NCBI GenBank assembly: GCA_964199315.1
Contig: OZ116710.1
Coordinates: 16,554,001 to 16,618,000 of the forward strand
Reading direction: 5' to 3'
Source of the DNA: Orbicella franksi
Taxonomy: Eukaryota
Length of the DNA: 64,000 bases
Positions within the stretch are counted from its first letter, which is position 1. Every line of letters begins with the position of its first letter. The translations under genes and the position numbers were made by a program. Shown here in pieces: positions 49,226-61,597 of the stretch. The notes under the pieces were generated by a model. That model saw only the letters and a list, made by a program, of their open reading frames with translations. It searched no databases and had not been told where the DNA came from.

Positions 49226-51240
49226 TTAGTCACGTCATATTCTGATTAAACATCAAGCTGGTGGGCAAAAAGTCAGCAAAAACTGCCTTTCTCTGGTAGA
49301 CTGAAAATATAAAATACGTATCTCTGTCTGTAAACACAGCCCTGTTTTTAATTACAGAAAACAAAAGAAAGAGAATAATATACTAGATAATAAAAAGTGG
49401 AACTAAAAGGTCATAGATTTAGGTTTATAAAAACATGTTTTCATATTCATTGTTAAAAGCGAGGATAAGTTGTTGTAAATTGGTTGTTTAGCTCAGCGTT
49501 CAAGGTATATACGACAATCAGGTTAATATTTCTTAAAAGGTAAAGTTTTATCGATTCTTCACAAATTCGTTATACTTCATGCATTTCTGCCTTGCCATTT
49601 AATTACCTTTAGAAAAAAAGAAAAAAAACATTAATAAGTCGGTGTACTTGATTCCAAAGTAAAATTTAAAAAAAAAAAATGCAAGAAAACCAATAAAGCT
49701 CTTTAGTTCTCAAAATTAAAAGGGTGTAGAATCAGTTTCAAACTAACAGCCTGCTTTCCGACTCACCGTTAAAACCAATCAGACAGGTTTGATCTGGTTT
49801 ATAAACACAGGCGACTTGTTCTCGAAGTTGTTGAAAGGAATGTCGGTCAGTTTAATATAGTTTTCAAGTCAGCAAGTCAATAGTTAAGCTTTCTTAGTGG
49901 GCAAAGTTATTTTTCTTTTTAAACAATCCGATATATTGCCTAAACCTTCTGTGTTGCAATTTTTAGTTTCCTTTAAAAAATATTATCTTTTAAAGCAAAA
50001 CATAAATAGTAAAGGAACAAAGTTTATTGGTTTCTTTTATACCAATTAAGGAGCGTGTGGACTCAGGTTTATAAACAAAGCCTGTTTTCAGACACATCGT
50101 TAAAAGCAATTATGCAGGTTCAATTTAGGTTTATAAACACAGGCGCCATTTTCCTAAAGTTGTCCAAAAAAATCTCTTTTTTTAATTTTTTTTTTTCCTC
50201 AACCGGATATACCGCATATATTTCTTTTCTTTATTTTTTGTAAATATATGAGAAATTAATCATCAACAAAGGGATTATATAAAACTATCTTGTCTAAAAT
50301 TAGGAGTAGATTATCGAGACACTTCCTGCTGGCTATGTGATCTGCAATCATCTTTAAATTTATTCAAGCATAATTCCAGTCGTAAGTTTGATCTCAGTAA
50401 ACTATGCTGAGAAAACAAAACGCGACAAACACATTAAGAGATGGACAAGAGTAAACAAAGTTCTATCGTAAAATATTGATTGCTGTTCAACGAGAAGTTC
50501 ATATCCTTTTCAACAGTGATAGGTACGTATTGAAGAAGTTTCCTTCCAGTGTTATACTGATTTACAATCTGATCTTCTTTTTTTCCTTTTCTTGCTTTAT
50601 TTATTATCTACATAGGTGTTGAGTTACTTGCAAGGTAAGTTATTTAAAAGAAGCCTCAACAACCCCTTTTTGTACAAAAAATCTCTGGCTAAAGTGAAAC
50701 AGAAAGCTAGTAAAATACGTGACGGCGAAGGCTGATGCGGAGAGAACCTTAAATAAACTTTCTCTCCGAGTCGATTATACCAACAACTGAGGCTCATTGG
50801 GCTAACTATTAGCAGCAGCTAGCCAAATTTTTCATAGTAACTTCATATGTAAAGTTACGAAAAGGTCTACTCAGTATTTAGATTGACGTGTCTATCAATG
50901 GTTCGGTGTATATTAAGATTGTTTTCAATTCTACTAAAAAAAGAACGTGATTAATCGTGAATATAACACTTGATAACCTGCTGGTGCCTTTCAACCTCCA
51001 TGCCAGGGCTTTCCTCTTAGAAACTTTGAGTGGCGAAACAGGAGCCTCTGGCCACTCCTCATGTGTTGAATTGCCCTTCATAACATCTAAGCTAAAAGCC
51101 CTGGAAACGAGGTTAGGCTTTCTTTCTCCCCTCACTAGCAAAAAAAAAAAAACCCGGAAGGTCTATAGAGGATTTAGTTATTTAATGTTTTTACTTTTTT
51201 CCTTTGTAATTAGCTCCACCGAGCAAATCATTCAGAGGAA

Positions 51241-52543
51241 ATGGTTTTTAAGATTGGTGTCTCTGTGGCCTTAATGTTGTTTGTGATGTCCAACTTAGCA
51301 GTTTATTGTGCTGCGGAGGAAAACAAAGCAGCAGGAAGACCGTGGTACCATAAGGTGTGTTTATGTCACATGCGCAAATGACTTTATTAAAAACTTCAAT
51401 GATAGAGACTAACGAGCAGCTTCTGTGACAACTACAGTTGAAAAATTGGGAAAACATGTTTTTCCATTAATTTGTTAAAGAACTAAGCTCTATAAGTGCA
51501 ATTTTTATGTAATGCTCAACGGAGAGATGGTAACATTATAAAGAATTTCTCTACTCAGTGCGTCCCAACCAAATCATTACCGGAAAGCGATGGCCTACGA
51601 CTTTACAGTTTCAGAAAAGATTTAATTGATGAAAAGCTTATACGTCGAGTCATAGTTTTCCCCCTTTGGTATCAACATAGTTACAGAGTTTCTCATAAAT
51701 ATTCAGAATTCTCATTCTAGTGTTCAGCAGCGTCCTCTTTTCTGTTATGGTGGTATCCCTGGAATGCCTGGCAAGCCTAGATCCCCTGGTTTTTTCCTGG
51801 GGCAACAGGTCGTGATGGCCGGGATGGCCGTGACGGAGCCAAAGGTGACCAGGGCAGTTCGGGGAAGACTAGACCCCAGGGATCCCCTGGTATCAATGGC
51901 ATTAATGGCGCCAAAGGAGGACTTGGAGCCCAGGGCCATCCCGGCCAAACGGGGCAGCGCGGAGAGAGTGGAACAAGTGTAATGCCTGGGACTCCTGGTG
52001 TGATGAACTGAAAGAGTGTGCATGGAAAGACTTGAATGACGGCAAAAATCACGGCCTGATCAAGGTGAATGCTTCGTTTGCGAAACAAACAATAGTTTGA
52101 GAGACGAAATTAATTGGGAATCGCAAAAGAATTATGTTTCTGAGTTTTGTTTCAAGTTTCTCCTTTTTATCGTTACGTTTTTACAGGAGTGTTTGGTCAG
52201 CAAGAACTTCTCGGACACTTCCCTCCATGTTTACTGGACTGGCGTTCTTAGAATCACTGGCTGTGACAATTGCTGCAAACGCTGGTATTTCACTTTCAAC
52301 GTTGTTGAATGTGCAGCTCCCCTGCCAATTGATGGTCTTGTTTACGTATTGAAATCAACGAGTCAAAATATTTACCGCGTCAACAACATTGAAGGGCACT
52401 GTAACAACATCCACAAAGGCAAGATGCGCCTGGGATTCTGGGTCAACAATTGTGCCGGATACAGTGGAAGTTATGACGCCTACACGGGCTGGAATTCAGT
52501 GTCCCGGATCTTCATTGAGGAAGTTCCTAAACCTCAGGCTTAG
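51241..52543 (+). pseudogene. CTHRC1: CTHRC1-like copy 10 (exons 51241-51354, 51728-52064, 52187-52543): collagen exon broken, exons 1 and 3 intact
   Basis: Paralog of copy 2. Exon 2 has a frameshift near 51790 and deletions at gtgatg/aactga. The signal exon and head exon are open. Confidence 0.8.
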
Positions 52544-54922
52544 ATCTCGAGACAAAACATTCATTCCTGCATAAACGTTTATAATTGAGCAGTGATAAAT
52601 TGCTTAATTACATAACGAGCTGTTTCTTTGATACTCTGATGTGCTCTGTAATTTTTTTACGTTTACTGGTTTTAAGTAAAGTGCTTCAGAGAGAGCTGCA
52701 GTGTTTCGTAATGGAAACCGAGGAATAGCCAGAGAAAGAGAACACTAAGGAAAAACCTGAGTGAAAAAAACGCAAGTTGAATATTTATGTGTATATCTCT
52801 GGGGTCATTTCTGGCTCTCTGGGCAAAAACAATGCAAAAACAAATCTGATATATAATAACTCCTTACCAAGAGTGCGGAGGAATTAAGTGAAGATGTATC
52901 AGTGCAGTCTTTAACTCAGAGTGTAGTCTGATGGAGCACTCAGATTACCTCTACGACTTAGTCATGCATCTCCTTGGTATAGAATTCGAAGGAATCTCAT
53001 ATAAACTGCGAAGACCTCCAAGATGATCCGCACAGAAGGAAAACGGAACGAAGGTTATTGTTATTGCTTTTTTTTTTTTTTTCTGTTACGACTAGGAAAA
53101 ATTGAAAGTCACACTGAAGAGGCCAAAAGATTGAAAAACTGAACTGTGTGCACATTTAACACCTGTCCACTTTAGATTATATAGATTGCATGCCACTATA
53201 TAAATTTCTCTATCGGTGTGTGTGTGTGGCGGGGGGGGGGGGGGGTTTGGGGGATGGTGGTTTTTTTTTTTTTTTTTTTTTTTCAATCGAGCTGATCTTT
53301 CACTGATCTCGTATCGAGAAAATTGATGTTGAATTTATCGACCGAATTAACAAAGAATGAACGCAATGCAAGCACTAAACAAACGCAAAATACCAAGATA
53401 ATGTTTTTTTTTTTATGAAGTAGAGAAGAAAAAAAACTGACCGAAAGAAATTAAAACGAATGGTTGTCTTCAGTATGGATCACTTGCCGTCTTCAAAACG
53501 TTAAAAACAGGCTTAATTTTACCTAAAGAGCTGATTTGTACGTATTAAAGTTCATTGACCCTTACTGCGCGACTCGCAAATTTTCTGCAACTTCCGAAAG
53601 CACATGTGATAATAATCCCTAATTTTACTCGGCCTCATGATAACCTACACTTATCCTGGACACTGGCCTCTTAACTCCACTGGTCTCTCAACTCCACTCC
53701 ATTCCAGGCATGTTAATCATGAAGTGCCTTTGGTATCCAATGTTATTGTATGGTTGCTAATTGTTTGTGTTTGAACATAAAAAGCCCAGTGAAAGAGCGA
53801 TACATATGCTAAGCTAATGACGCTGGGGCCAAACGGCCTTAACAACGGTCATTTAGGGCGAGTTTGTGCTCTTTGCCCATTTTTTTTACCAAACTTTACA
53901 CACTGCCTTGGATTGTTGTCTTGATCATTTTAAGTGGAACAAAATGTCCAAATGTCATATCGTAATATTGTGACGTCATATTTGATGACGCCGCAAAAAC
54001 GTGTTATAAAAATTTTCCAACTTCAAACTACCAAATATATCATTTAAGAGAGCATGACTAAGGGACTATTATACTGAAAACCGTTCCTCGCTATGACAAA
54101 TATTTCTCGGGTTATAGCAATTTAAAGAAATTTCAGTGTCCTCCCAGGAACCATTCTGTTCCTCCAAGATCAACCCCCTTGATATTTTTTATTCAGTTTT
54201 CTTTGAGGAACTCTGACAATTTGGAAATATAGAGTACTTAGTGCTGCTAAAAATGGTATCATTTTCGATCTTTTAGTTTTCGCCTCTTAAACAGGTTAAC
54301 ACAGGTTCAACTAAATCGGACGATCGCGAAGTGTGATATGAAAATCCTGTAACTTAACTACAAGGTTTTCTGGATACCTTGGATCCGCTGTCTTCTTGAC
54401 ACAGCAGCAAACTATTATACTGAGTATTAAATAGTATTAAACAGTGCGCAGAACTGTTCCCACGGCCACGGCGTTGCTGAGAACAAAAGACCAGTGTTTA
54501 AGAATGTGCGACGAACTTGATGCGGCAGAGACGCATTTCCGGCTTTTGTTTCATTACGCCACGTTTACCGGCTACGGTTGATCAGTGTATTTTAGCCGGA
54601 GAAAACAAACATGATCCCGCTCTCAGGCTATGCTAATTCGATTACATGGAAGTTTGTCACTAGCTACGGAAATACTACCACGATGTTTCCTTTACCGAAA
54701 CCCGTCCTCCAGAGGAGTTTAATTTACGACAAAGGCAGATATTATTGTTCACCATCAATTTGTTGAGGCTAAGAAAACACTGAGAAAACCCTAAGAATAT
54801 ACTGTTATGAAAATGTTAGCCTTTGTGGTTTAAAATAAATTCAATTATCGTTTTGTTATGATCTACCGGAAAAAAATATCATGAGTGCGAATAAAAGAGG
54901 AGGAGTGAGGAGTGTTAAAAAC

Positions 54923-55320
54923 TTAGAGATTTCCCGTTTTGGAGATTCCCTGTTTTAGAGATTCCCCGTTTTAGAGATTACTCCTTTAGAGATTCCCCGT
55001 TTTAGAGATTCCCCTTTTAGAGATTCCCCCTTTTAGAGATTCCCTGTTTTAGAGATTCCCCCTTTTAGAGATTTCCCGTTCTAGAGATTTCCCGTTTTAG
55101 ATATTCCCCCTTTTAGAGATTCCCCCTTTTAGAGATTCCCCCTCTTAGAGATTCCCCCTTTTAGAGATTCCCCCTTTTAGAGATTCCCCGTTCTCCGTTC
55201 CCCGTTCCCCGTTCCCCGTTCCCCGTTCCCCGTTCCCCGTTCCTCGTTCGCTGTTTCCCTTCCCCGTTCCCCGTTCTCCGTTCCCTGTTCACCTATTCCC
55301 CGATTGCCCCTTCCCCATTT
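54923..55320. repeat. Compound minisatellite: ~16-bp ttagagattccccctt units, then 7-bp ccccgtt units
   Basis: Directly visible tandem repeats at ~54923-55190 and ~55186-55290. Confidence 0.9.
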
Positions 55321-58210
55321 TAGAGAGCCTAACGATTGGGGTGTTTTATAAGTAACTCGCGGTTTACGTCCGAGAAAAAGAGGAAAAGGAGGCATTGTGA
55401 GGGGGTGCAACCAAGCATATTAAATCTGAAAAGAAAACTTATTACTTTTAACTCTGGCTACCCGCTTTCCGAGGTTTGTTTGGAATGAAGACTCTCGCCA
55501 ACTGGTAAACAGGTTTTGACATATTTGTTTTAGCATTTGACGACACAGTAAGCCCGCTGTGAAATTCTATTCAAATATTTAAAATGTTCAAGCTCTCAGA
55601 ATTACAAGAAAATCACTTATTTGATGTCTAAACTCAATTAAATCTGCATACAGCTTCTGAAGGTATCTTAAAATAAGCAATTATTTCTCAAACCCAAACA
55701 GAAAGTCAGTATTTCATAACGATGTGAGAGGAAAATTGCCAGGACAAACAACAAACGGAGAAACAAACTTTTCTGTTGAACAACACTGTAGGAACCTATA
55801 CAGAGAACTTTGTACTGGTTAAATTTATTAAACTTATTTAAAACTTGTTCTGTCGAGTTAACAAATCGAATGTGATTAAGCGTGGTCTGTACGCTTATCG
55901 ACGATACGTGCCATCACAGTGGTCAAAATCCTGTGGACTCACAATGCGCAACCGAGTGAGATAAAAGTACAGACTACGCGAAACCATATTTCGATTTGTT
56001 TTTTCACCACAATATCAACGTCAAAGAAAACGTTTTTGTTTTTTTTTTTTTTCAGAGCGCGAGATAAAAAAGAATTGCGTGACACATTGACGCGAGCAGC
56101 CTTGTCTGGACTCTTATCGACAACGGCAAATTAGCCAATCGAATTACAGATTAGCCCAATATTTCAGCCTCACTTCTTTTTACTCAATTCTGTCACAGTT
56201 TGAAGATTTGGCGCGGTAAAATTTTACCACAGAAAGGTAAGTGATTGGAACTAAATGCGCCTTTATATTATTGCGCCAGATAGAGTGCTGTATTGAAAGT
56301 CCGTACGGCATGAATACTGAGATTCTAACAAAGCCTGAAACCTATTCAGTTTGCAAACTACTAAACGGTATCGTCTTTATGTTTGGGCGGTAGGCCTCTT
56401 TTTCTTACGGCTATTTTACATATCGTGGTTATCAATTTTATTTTTTAATCACAAAACTAGGATCACAGAAGTGACGAAACTCCGCTCTCGCCATATACAA
56501 TTCGTACAAGAAGATATCAATGACAGAAATATCCTGATTTTCGCGTAATGGAAATTGAACGTAGCGACATTTAAGAAATCAGGAAAAGATAGATAATTAA
56601 ACCGTAATTAAGTCAGTGAGTTTAACATTAGCGTCGATGTCAGAATCCGTGATGTGTCTGGCGTGGACACACTGACTGGTTTCTATTAAATTCGAGAATC
56701 TTCCACCGCTTAATTTTCTTCGTGCTGCGGAAATTAGCGATTAACTTTCATTTTTAAAAAGGTTAATAGTATGAGAGGTCCATCATTCTATCAAATAAAA
56801 ACACTTATTTCCTTAGAAGCTGTAGTGAACAAGGAATTAGTGTCTTGTTAGAGGTAAGTTTTTGCAATGTGGGTTAAGTGTTATTTTTTATTTTGTAACC
56901 GGAATCGAGTGGACAATACGTCCCTGCGCTAAGCTTAAACTATCTTAAAATTATTCTTGTTTCGCCTTGAAAAAATTGTAGCGACTCTCAAAGCTAAATT
57001 TGTCATAGTCATTATACATACAAGACAATAAATGACTGCTAAAATTATTGTTTTTAGTTCAAGAAGATTTGAAAATATCGATAGCATTTAGTAAATCATA
57101 GTTGACGATATCTGTTTTCATAACTGTGGATGTTGATTATTCATTCAAATTAAAATATCGAGTGGTACATCCTTAATTCCTGGCTATGTTTTGCATTATG
57201 TTGCAAAAGTCCGTTACGTTTTGTGTCGATATAAAAATGCGCAAATTTTCTGAAATAAGGAATATTAAGACCCCTGGCATTCCTTTCTCCTCTTTCGCGT
57301 TAAGCAAATCGATTACAACTTTCGGCGAGAAACCCAAGCTTACAAATAAGGTGTGTGATTTTACTCCAGTTAAAGAGTCAGTTAACGCCAGTTCGCAGCA
57401 CACTTTTCTTTCACATAGCGTGCCTTGATAGCGCACATTTTTGACAAACCAATCATGAACTTTCTGTCGGCATTACACGGTTATCGTAGCCGAATAGTCT
57501 TACACAATTCATAAATATGAAGCAACGACATTTCTCTGGAACATGAAATTCCGAGCCTTGTCTATGTAACAAAACCGCGCAACTTAGCTTCCAATTTATT
57601 TTACTAAGATGACTTACAAGACTGCACCTAATTGCCACCTTTGAGAGAATTATACAAATCGCATCTGTTGCAAAAATCGCCTTACGCCATTTAAGTGTAG
57701 AAAAAACTGAACTGATTTAATTTAAATTTTAATTCAAATTCTTAAAAGTAGAAGAGAGCGGTTACTCTTGAAGTGCCAGGATACCAATGGCTTTATTAAT
57801 TCAAAAACAATAAATTGTTACGCTTTCAGAGTTAAAGAAGTAGAAAATGATGAAACAGGATTTTGGCGAGGGAGAGATGGTAGCTAAAAGTTAGTTTTAG
57901 TGAACTGTTGGATAGCTACGAAAAGACATTTCCTCCGGTTACGTTTATAAATATTTATTCGTCTCATGTCATGTTAATTTATATTCCAAACTTATAGTTT
58001 TTTTTCTTTTCGCTTCGCTATTATCGCAAGTTTATATTTTCAGTCTAGTAAATGTCGTATAAAAGAAGGATTTTATTTTACGTTATTTACTCCAAACATT
58101 TGCCTACTAATGTGATTTTCACCCGCGTCATTTAGAATATTCAATTCAATTAATTACTCAGTTTTAGCGAGTTACTATTCAGGCCGAAGTAACAGAGTCA
58201 AGTAAATAAA

Positions 58211-58264
<54 letters not shown>

Positions 58265-58436
58265 GCATTTCGGGCAGTATATCCACAGGGTGGCTCTTCG
58301 CCTGCCCGATGCTAACTAAATTTACAATTGTAAAAAGATTAAAAGATATCTAAGAATTTATATCTATATGTAAACGAGATAAAATTGTGTTTTAAGATAT
58401 GCTAAAATAAATAAATGAATAAATAAATAATTAAAA

Positions 58437-60158
58437 TTATGCCAGGTGTTCTAAAGCTCTCTTAAAAATAATGTTTTTGGTGTCTTTACAAAATTTAATA
58501 TAGTCTTGGCAGCACCTCACGTTGCTGGGCAACGTGTTAAATAAACTTGCAGTCTGGTCCTGTAGAGTATTATTAATTAAAGATCTCTCTAACTGAATGC
58601 TGTTACTAGATCTTAAGCATCTTTCGTGTTGAAATACATTAAGTTTCAGATAACTTGGCCAATATGGGTTGTGAAGGGCTTTGTGAGTTGCCTTAAGTAG
58701 GTTCCATTCACGTTGTTCCTTTACGGGAAGCCATTTGAGTTTCGTAAGGATGTCTTCGGATGACACAAATCTACCAAGCACAAAACTAGCTGTAGCCTTT
58801 TGTACTCTCCGGAGACGTTTCATTAAATAATCTGGGAGTGAGTGGTATACTATGTCATTATAATATAGCTTGCTTAGAACCAGTGCCTGTGCCAAATTCT
58901 TTTTGATATGGAAAGGCAGGATGTTCTTTAACTTCCTTAGGGTTGTTAGAGTAGCATAGCAGGACGCTGCTACTTGTCTGACATTTCCTTCCCAGTTCAG
59001 ATGCTCATGGATGTGAGACCCCAATAATTTAGTGGTGGTCACTCGTTCCAAGGGGATGCTGTTGATTGTGATGTCGAACTTTTCAGTGTTTAAATGATGG
59101 ACCTTTGATAACTGCGGAGTAGATAATAACATCAGCTTAGTCTTGGAAGGATTAATGACTAAGTTTGCTTCACGTGACCACGCTTCCAATTTGCCTATAC
59201 TTGCAGAAAGTTCAGTTAGAGTTGATTGAAGATCTGCTGGTTTGCACTGTGTGTACAATGTGGTATCATCAGCATATTGATGACATTTAACTCCGCGTAC
59301 ATATGACTGAAGGTCAGCCACGTAGAGATTGAAAATGAGTGGCCCCATGATAGAACCTTGAGGTACGCCGAAACTCACCCTACAAAGCTCTGACGTTTTG
59401 TCGTCGACTTGCACAAAGTGTTTCCTTCCTGTAAGATATTGGATCGTCCATTTAAGATATTCCTTGGAAAAGCCCAACAGGCTGAGCTTTTCAAGAACAG
59501 TCTTGTACTTGATGGTAACAAACGCCTTAGAGAAATCGGCTAGTACCATGAGGGTAACTTCTCCTCGCTTCATGGCGCGAATAATGTCATCTCTGATCCC
59601 TAATAGAACAGTAGTCGTTGAGTGTCTTTTCCTGAAGCCTGAGATATTCTCTTTTAACAGGCAGTGAGAATCAATGTAATCGATGACTTGGTGGTGTACG
59701 AGTCTTTCAAAAACTTTTGAAAGGACCGGAAGTATTGATATCGGTCTCATGTCTGATACACTGAAGGTAGAGCCACTGGTCTTAGGGATTGGGGTTATCC
59801 TCGCAACTTTCCAAGCGTCGGGAAATGTTGATGTGGCAATACAGGAATTTATCACGTCTGTCAAAGGTCCTGCAATCAGGTCGGCTACAGGCTTTAGGAA
59901 CTTAGCTGGTATTTGGTCAGGTCCTGTCGATGTATCGGAACGAATTAATTTGATTTCCTTGAGGACCTCTTCATATTTAACGTGGCGCAAAGTGAATGAT
60001 CTTTCCCCCATCAGGCATGGCTGCAAGCTATCAACAAAGTTCAGTAGGTCTTCTTTTGCGTCAACACCTGCATTTCCGGTGGTGCGTTGGGCAACTTCTG
60101 CAAAATGCTTGTTAAGCTCATTGACATCCAGACGTAAAGGCTGTGGACATGGGTTCAA
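58437..60158 (-). CDS. LINE reverse transcriptase domain (frame extends upstream to ~60340)
   Basis: RPISILPVLSKVFE, ADFSKAF, GVPQGSIMGPLIF, YADD and KLLG motifs. Confidence 0.9.
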   Translation of the reverse strand: MNPCPQPLRLDVNELNKHFAEVAQRTTGNAGVDAKEDLLNFVDSLQPCLMGERSFTLRHVKYEEVLKEIKLIRSDTSTGPDQIPAKFLKPVADLIAGPLTDVINSCIATSTFPDAWKVARITPIPKTSGSTFSVSDMRPISILPVLSKVFERLVHHQVIDYIDSHCLLKENISGFRKRHSTTTVLLGIRDDIIRAMKRGEVTLMVLADFSKAFVTIKYKTVLEKLSLLGFSKEYLKWTIQYLTGRKHFVQVDDKTSELCRVSFGVPQGSIMGPLIFNLYVADLQSYVRGVKCHQYADDTTLYTQCKPADLQSTLTELSASIGKLEAWSREANLVINPSKTKLMLLSTPQLSKVHHLNTEKFDITINSIPLERVTTTKLLGSHIHEHLNWEGNVRQVAASCYATLTTLRKLKNILPFHIKKNLAQALVLSKLYYNDIVYHSLPDYLMKRLRRVQKATASFVLGRFVSSEDILTKLKWLPVKEQREWNLLKATHKALHNPYWPSYLKLNVFQHERCLRSSNSIQLERSLINNTLQDQTASLFNTLPSNVRCCQDYIKFCKDTKNIIFKRALEHLA

Positions 60159-60346
60159 AATACGGTGTATGATACGCCAGACCTCTTTCGGTTTCGTTGA
60201 TGATAATGCCGTATTGATGAACGATCGTTTCGCCTCTTTGATCGTTGTTTTCAGACGATTACGGACGTCGCGAAAAGCTTGCCAGGCATCGGGTGTTTTT
60301 AACGAGTGTGCCTTGTGTCTTAGTACATTTCTCTGATTTTGAAGAC

Positions 60347-61597
60347 CTACATTTCCTCATCATGTAACCAGGGAGCTGGTGGCCGTGTGACCTTTGTGCG
60401 TGTCAGTGGAGCGTGTCGCTCAATACAGTCAGAGATGAGTGTAGTAAACATCTCTAGCTTTTCTTCAGGATCATCTGTTGCCTGAATGACACTAAATGGA
60501 AGGGATGTAAAGTCGCGAATGAACTCTTCTTCCTTGAACCCACGCTCTTTTCGAATCATTTTAAACCTTGGAACAAAGCGCTCAGCACGAATGTTGAGGC
60601 ACGCGTAAGGTGCATCATGGTCGCTCACATTTGAGCATGGAAGAACATCAACATGTGTAACACGCTTAGGATCATTTGAGATTATGTGATCAATCAAGGT
60701 CTCACTGTGAGGTGTAACTCTTGTTGGCTTTTGCACGTGCTGTGTTAGGTTAAACGTGTTCAATAAATCTGTATACTGTTTTGTCAACGGCGCATTTGGC
60801 TTCAGCACGTCAATATTTAAATCCCCAGTAACAAGCAATAAACCGTCCCACGAAGTTGACAGATCCGCCAACATGCTCTCCATTTGGGACATCCACTGTT
60901 GGGTATCTAGTATTCTTGTGGATCTGTATATGGTTCCCATTAATAAGTGACTATGTTTATTGCGTCCTTGAATTTCAAGCCACAAGTGTTCTAATTCAGG
61001 GTATCTTGATTCAATATCCTTACGCCTTTTGTACCTTACACTTTCTTTAATGTATGCACCAACGCCTCCACCTTTGATTTTATCTCTGTTCCTAAACTCA
61101 TTAGCATAGCCAGGAATAGTTACATGGCTAAGTAGTTGTGGGTTGTCTTTGAGCCATGTTTCGCTAAGCATGACCACGTCAAAACCATATCTTTGAATGA
61201 CGAGGAGTAGCTCGTCGAATGTTGATGTCATACACTGCGTGTTGATGTGCATAAAAGAAAGTTGCTTTTGTCTCGCAATGAGAGCATCGAAGTGGCGGTC
61301 GGAATTCCAATGCAAATCACTCGCAGCATCATCTGTCGTGTCCAGAGCGACTAGATCTTTTACTTTAAAGAAGGGAAGCTCAGATAATGTACAAGTACTA
61401 CATGTCCAAATGCCAGGCTGGTTAACTTTGATGGTTTTATGGAAACTGGCGTTGCTGTTTACACAGCGAACATGAATCAAATCATAACACTTATCGCACT
61501 GAAGATGTTTATGGTTTCGCTGAGCTGGCTTTGAGCACTTTGGGCATTTGGCAGTAAATCCGCTTTTTGGTTTTAGGTTGCTCGAAGACGTATCCAA
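60347..61597 (-). CDS. LINE PHD finger + apurinic-like endonuclease domain
   Basis: CPKCSK...CDKCYDLIHVRC...WTCSTC (PHD); HINTQ, LSETWL, GGGVG, TGDLNID, TLIDHI and SDHDAP (APE endonuclease). Confidence 0.88.
   Translation of the reverse strand: MDTSSSNLKPKSGFTAKCPKCSKPAQRNHKHLQCDKCYDLIHVRCVNSNASFHKTIKVNQPGIWTCSTCTLSELPFFKVKDLVALDTTDDAASDLHWNSDRHFDALIARQKQLSFMHINTQCMTSTFDELLLVIQRYGFDVVMLSETWLKDNPQLLSHVTIPGYANEFRNRDKIKGGGVGAYIKESVRYKRRKDIESRYPELEHLWLEIQGRNKHSHLLMGTIYRSTRILDTQQWMSQMESMLADLSTSWDGLLLVTGDLNIDVLKPNAPLTKQYTDLLNTFNLTQHVQKPTRVTPHSETLIDHIISNDPKRVTHVDVLPCSNVSDHDAPYACLNIRAERFVPRFKMIRKERGFKEEEFIRDFTSLPFSVIQATDDPEEKLEMFTTLISDCIERHAPLTRTKVTRPPAPWLHDEEM

Noticed and set aside
32945-52560. 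Second half of the array as an allelic haplotig of the first half
   Set aside because: Divergence looks too high by eye, with many indels and private insertions. The block order is permuted, and the duplication junction lies in contiguous sequence before the gap. Long reads would settle it.
54923-55320. Repeat array as a possible CRISPR
   Set aside because: No unique spacers, eukaryotic context and no cas genes. The same applies to 35921-36510.
59683-60336. 217-aa plus-strand ORF
   Set aside because: Antisense shadow of the LINE RT region.
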